From Minisyncoccota bacterium (GTDB lineage: Bacteria > Patescibacteriota > Minisyncoccia > Phycocordibacterales > UBA9973): DNA of 41,801 nt. The translations under genes were made by a program, and so were the position numbers. Positions within the stretch are counted from its first letter, which is position 1. The number at the start of each line of letters is the position of its first letter. The notes under the pieces were generated by a model that was not told the DNA's origin, made no database searches, and was given only the letters and a program-made list of their open reading frames with translations. Shown here piece after piece: positions 40,225 to 41,801 of the stretch. The DNA lies in NCBI GenBank assembly GCA_016649835.1, contig JAENWX010000002.1, positions 1 to 41,801 of the forward strand, read 5' to 3'.

Positions 40225-40428
40225 TTAATTAGAATTTTTTTTAAAAATTCCTTTCAATAAAAAATAAATACCTACAATAGAGGTAGTCAAAAAAAACAAA
40301 AAATAAAGGTTAGAATAAATTCCTTTTAAGTCTGGGAAAGCACCAAGCTTAAGTGCAACTATTTGAAATATAGATGTACCCAACACAATGATTCCCAAAC
40401 GAACAATAACTCCTTTTTCTTTTAACAT
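40225..40428 (-). CDS. Small two-TM hypothetical membrane protein
   Basis: 67-aa hydrophobic ORF bracketed by terminators; no family recognised. Confidence 0.4.
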   Translation of the reverse strand: MLKEKGVIVRLGIIVLGTSIFQIVALKLGAFPDLKGIYSNLYFLFFLTTSIVGIYFLLKGIFKKNSN

Positions 40429-40600
40429 TTCATCGACGCTCCTAACGCCATTTTTAAAGATTAATATTTAGTAGTATTATACAATATTTTAAGTAATATA
40501 GCAAGTGATAAACATCTCTTACACTATAAAAATATTGGTCACTTTTTATAGTATTAAATTTGACCAAGGAAGATAAAACTGTAAATATTATAAAATAAAG

Positions 40601-40627
40601 AACCGCATATTATAAAAATATGCGGTT
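40601..40627. terminator. Hairpin terminator AACCGCATA-N9-TATGCGGTT
   Basis: Stem flanked by T-rich sequence on both strands. Confidence 0.7.
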
Positions 40628-40634
40628 TATTTTT

Positions 40635-41060
40635 TTAAGGAAAATAAATTTTTTGTACAAGATAAAAATTTTCGTCAAGAAGAAAAAATTTTTCTCCTTT
40701 TTTAGGGGTGTGGTTTAGCCAATATGTTGGAGAAGTTGGAAATGTAACAATGGCTTTTCCAAAACCTTCTATGTTCACAACAACATCAGCTTCTGCTTTA
40801 GAATTGTTGTAAGATTCGAAATCTGCGCTTATCGCAAGTATTTCAAATTTTTTTTCTTCCTTTAACCATCTCCAGTGATAAACCCCCCTTTCTCGATAAA
40901 AATACTGGCCAGTCATCATGGCGCTAGCTATGACTATGGCTAAAAGGAGATAAAATAATATAGGACTTTCCTTTTCAATTGGATGTACCAAAAATAAAAA
41001 ACAAATTCCAGAATTTATAAAAACAATAAATCCAAGTGTTAATATTAAATTTTTTTTCAT
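40635..41060 (-). CDS. Hypothetical membrane protein (two N-terminal TM helices plus a soluble domain)
   Basis: 141-aa ORF; no family recognised. Confidence 0.5.
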   Translation of the reverse strand: MKKNLILTLGFIVFINSGICFLFLVHPIEKESPILFYLLLAIVIASAMMTGQYFYRERGVYHWRWLKEEKKFEILAISADFESYNNSKAEADVVVNIEGFGKAIVTFPTSPTYWLNHTPKKGEKFFLLDENFYLVQKIYFP

Positions 41061-41140
41061 TTTTCTTGCCGTGTTAACGGACTTTTTTAAGATTCAATTT
41101 TATATTATGGTACCACTATATGCTCATATTGTCAATCAAC

Positions 41141-41168
41141 AAAAAAAGACCTCACCATGAGGTCTTTT
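41141..41168. terminator. Intrinsic terminator
   Basis: AAAAAA-AGACCTCA-CCA-TGAGGTCT-TTT. Confidence 0.8.
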
Positions 41169-41176
41169 AATTGTGT

Positions 41177-41683
41177 TTAGTAAATTAAATATTTACGATA
41201 GTTGTTTGATAAATCCAAAAAGTCATCTGCGTGTTCTTTGAGCTTCATTGAAGCACTTTTACCAAAAGATACAACTTCCACTTGAACCCCAGAGGTACTC
41301 TGTAAGTATTCTACTAGAGGAACAAAATCCCCATCCCCTGCTACTAAAACTACGGCGTCGAGCTTGGGAGCCATCTTCATTGCATCCACAGCTAGTCCGA
41401 CATCCCAGTCACCCTTTTTGGCACCACCAGCAAAAATTTGTAATTCTTTTGTTTTAGTTTCTATTCCTAATTTTGTTAGAGCATCAAAAAAATTTTTTTC
41501 TTCTCCTCCTTCACTTGTTATAACATAGGCTATTGCACGGACTAGTTTTCGTCCAGCAACAGCATCTTTTAAAACTGCTCCAAAATTAACTTTTCTCTTA
41601 TATAAATTTTTAGCAGAGTGATATAGATTTGATGTATCTATAAATACTCCAACTCTCTGTTCTTTATGTTTAATTATACTCAT
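41177..41683 (-). CDS. NYN-domain (LabA-like) protein
   Basis: VGVFIDTSNLYHSAK and VLVAGDGDFVPLV motifs. Confidence 0.8.
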   Translation of the reverse strand: MSIIKHKEQRVGVFIDTSNLYHSAKNLYKRKVNFGAVLKDAVAGRKLVRAIAYVITSEGGEEKNFFDALTKLGIETKTKELQIFAGGAKKGDWDVGLAVDAMKMAPKLDAVVLVAGDGDFVPLVEYLQSTSGVQVEVVSFGKSASMKLKEHADDFLDLSNNYRKYLIY

Positions 41684-41801
41684 CCCGTTAGAGATAGGAA
41701 GTTATTAAACTTCCGTATCTAATTAATTTTAGTTAATAATATCTACTTTATCAAAATCTTAAACTCCTGTTAGCAAGATAACATACACATCTCTAACGGG
41801 A
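41683..41801 (-). repeat. Family A cassette copy (distal end coincides with the window edge)
   Basis: Nearly identical to copy 2, including hairpin GGAAGTT/AACTTCC (41697-41714); TTGATA-17 nt-TAAAAT. Confidence 0.9.

Noticed and set aside
1-41801. Alternative genetic code (TGA recoding, as in some CPR lineages)
   Set aside because: All conserved genes are full length with standard stops. Several end in TAA or TAG embedded in heptamer arrays, and no conserved domain is interrupted by TGA.

Overview
AT-rich, gene-dense bacterial chromosomal window read with the standard genetic code. Gene content suggests a reduced-genome Patescibacteria/CPR-type organism (inference). It covers the replication-origin neighbourhood: dnaN-dnaA, divergent rpmH-rnpA-yidD-yidC-jag, and DnaA boxes. 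Housekeeping genes present are ruvB, ruvC, tyrS, a class A PBP, rsmA, pcrA, a LysM-M23 peptidase, comM/yifB, a dksA-like gene, pnp and a NYN-domain gene. A ~18-kb, 12-gene, single-strand cluster (11499-29405) looks like a minimised Gram-positive-type type IV secretion-like apparatus. Its recognisable parts are a VirB4-like ATPase, an extra VirB4 N-domain paralog, a PrgI/VirB3-like protein, a polytopic VirB6-like protein, and a two-TM VirB2/TrbC-like pilin module fused to a LAS/M15-type peptidase. It also encodes very large repeat-rich surface proteins. No coupling protein, VirB11 or relaxase is visible. The non-coding DNA is unusually organised. (A) A ~119-nt cassette bounded by inverted repeats ends exactly on the A of the start codon of five unrelated genes; there are eight copies or partials, including a triple tandem array. 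(B) A ~115-nt multi-hairpin element shows compensatory changes (4 copies). (C) A 3' motif TTAACCC-N3-GGGTGATTC-N4-GAATCA occurs 5 times. (D) TAATTAC-type heptamer arrays start in or next to stop codons. (E) TGnTAnnAT boxes lie 6-8 nt upstream of ATG, implying leaderless mRNAs. I saw no rRNA, tRNA, CRISPR array, transposase or integrase.
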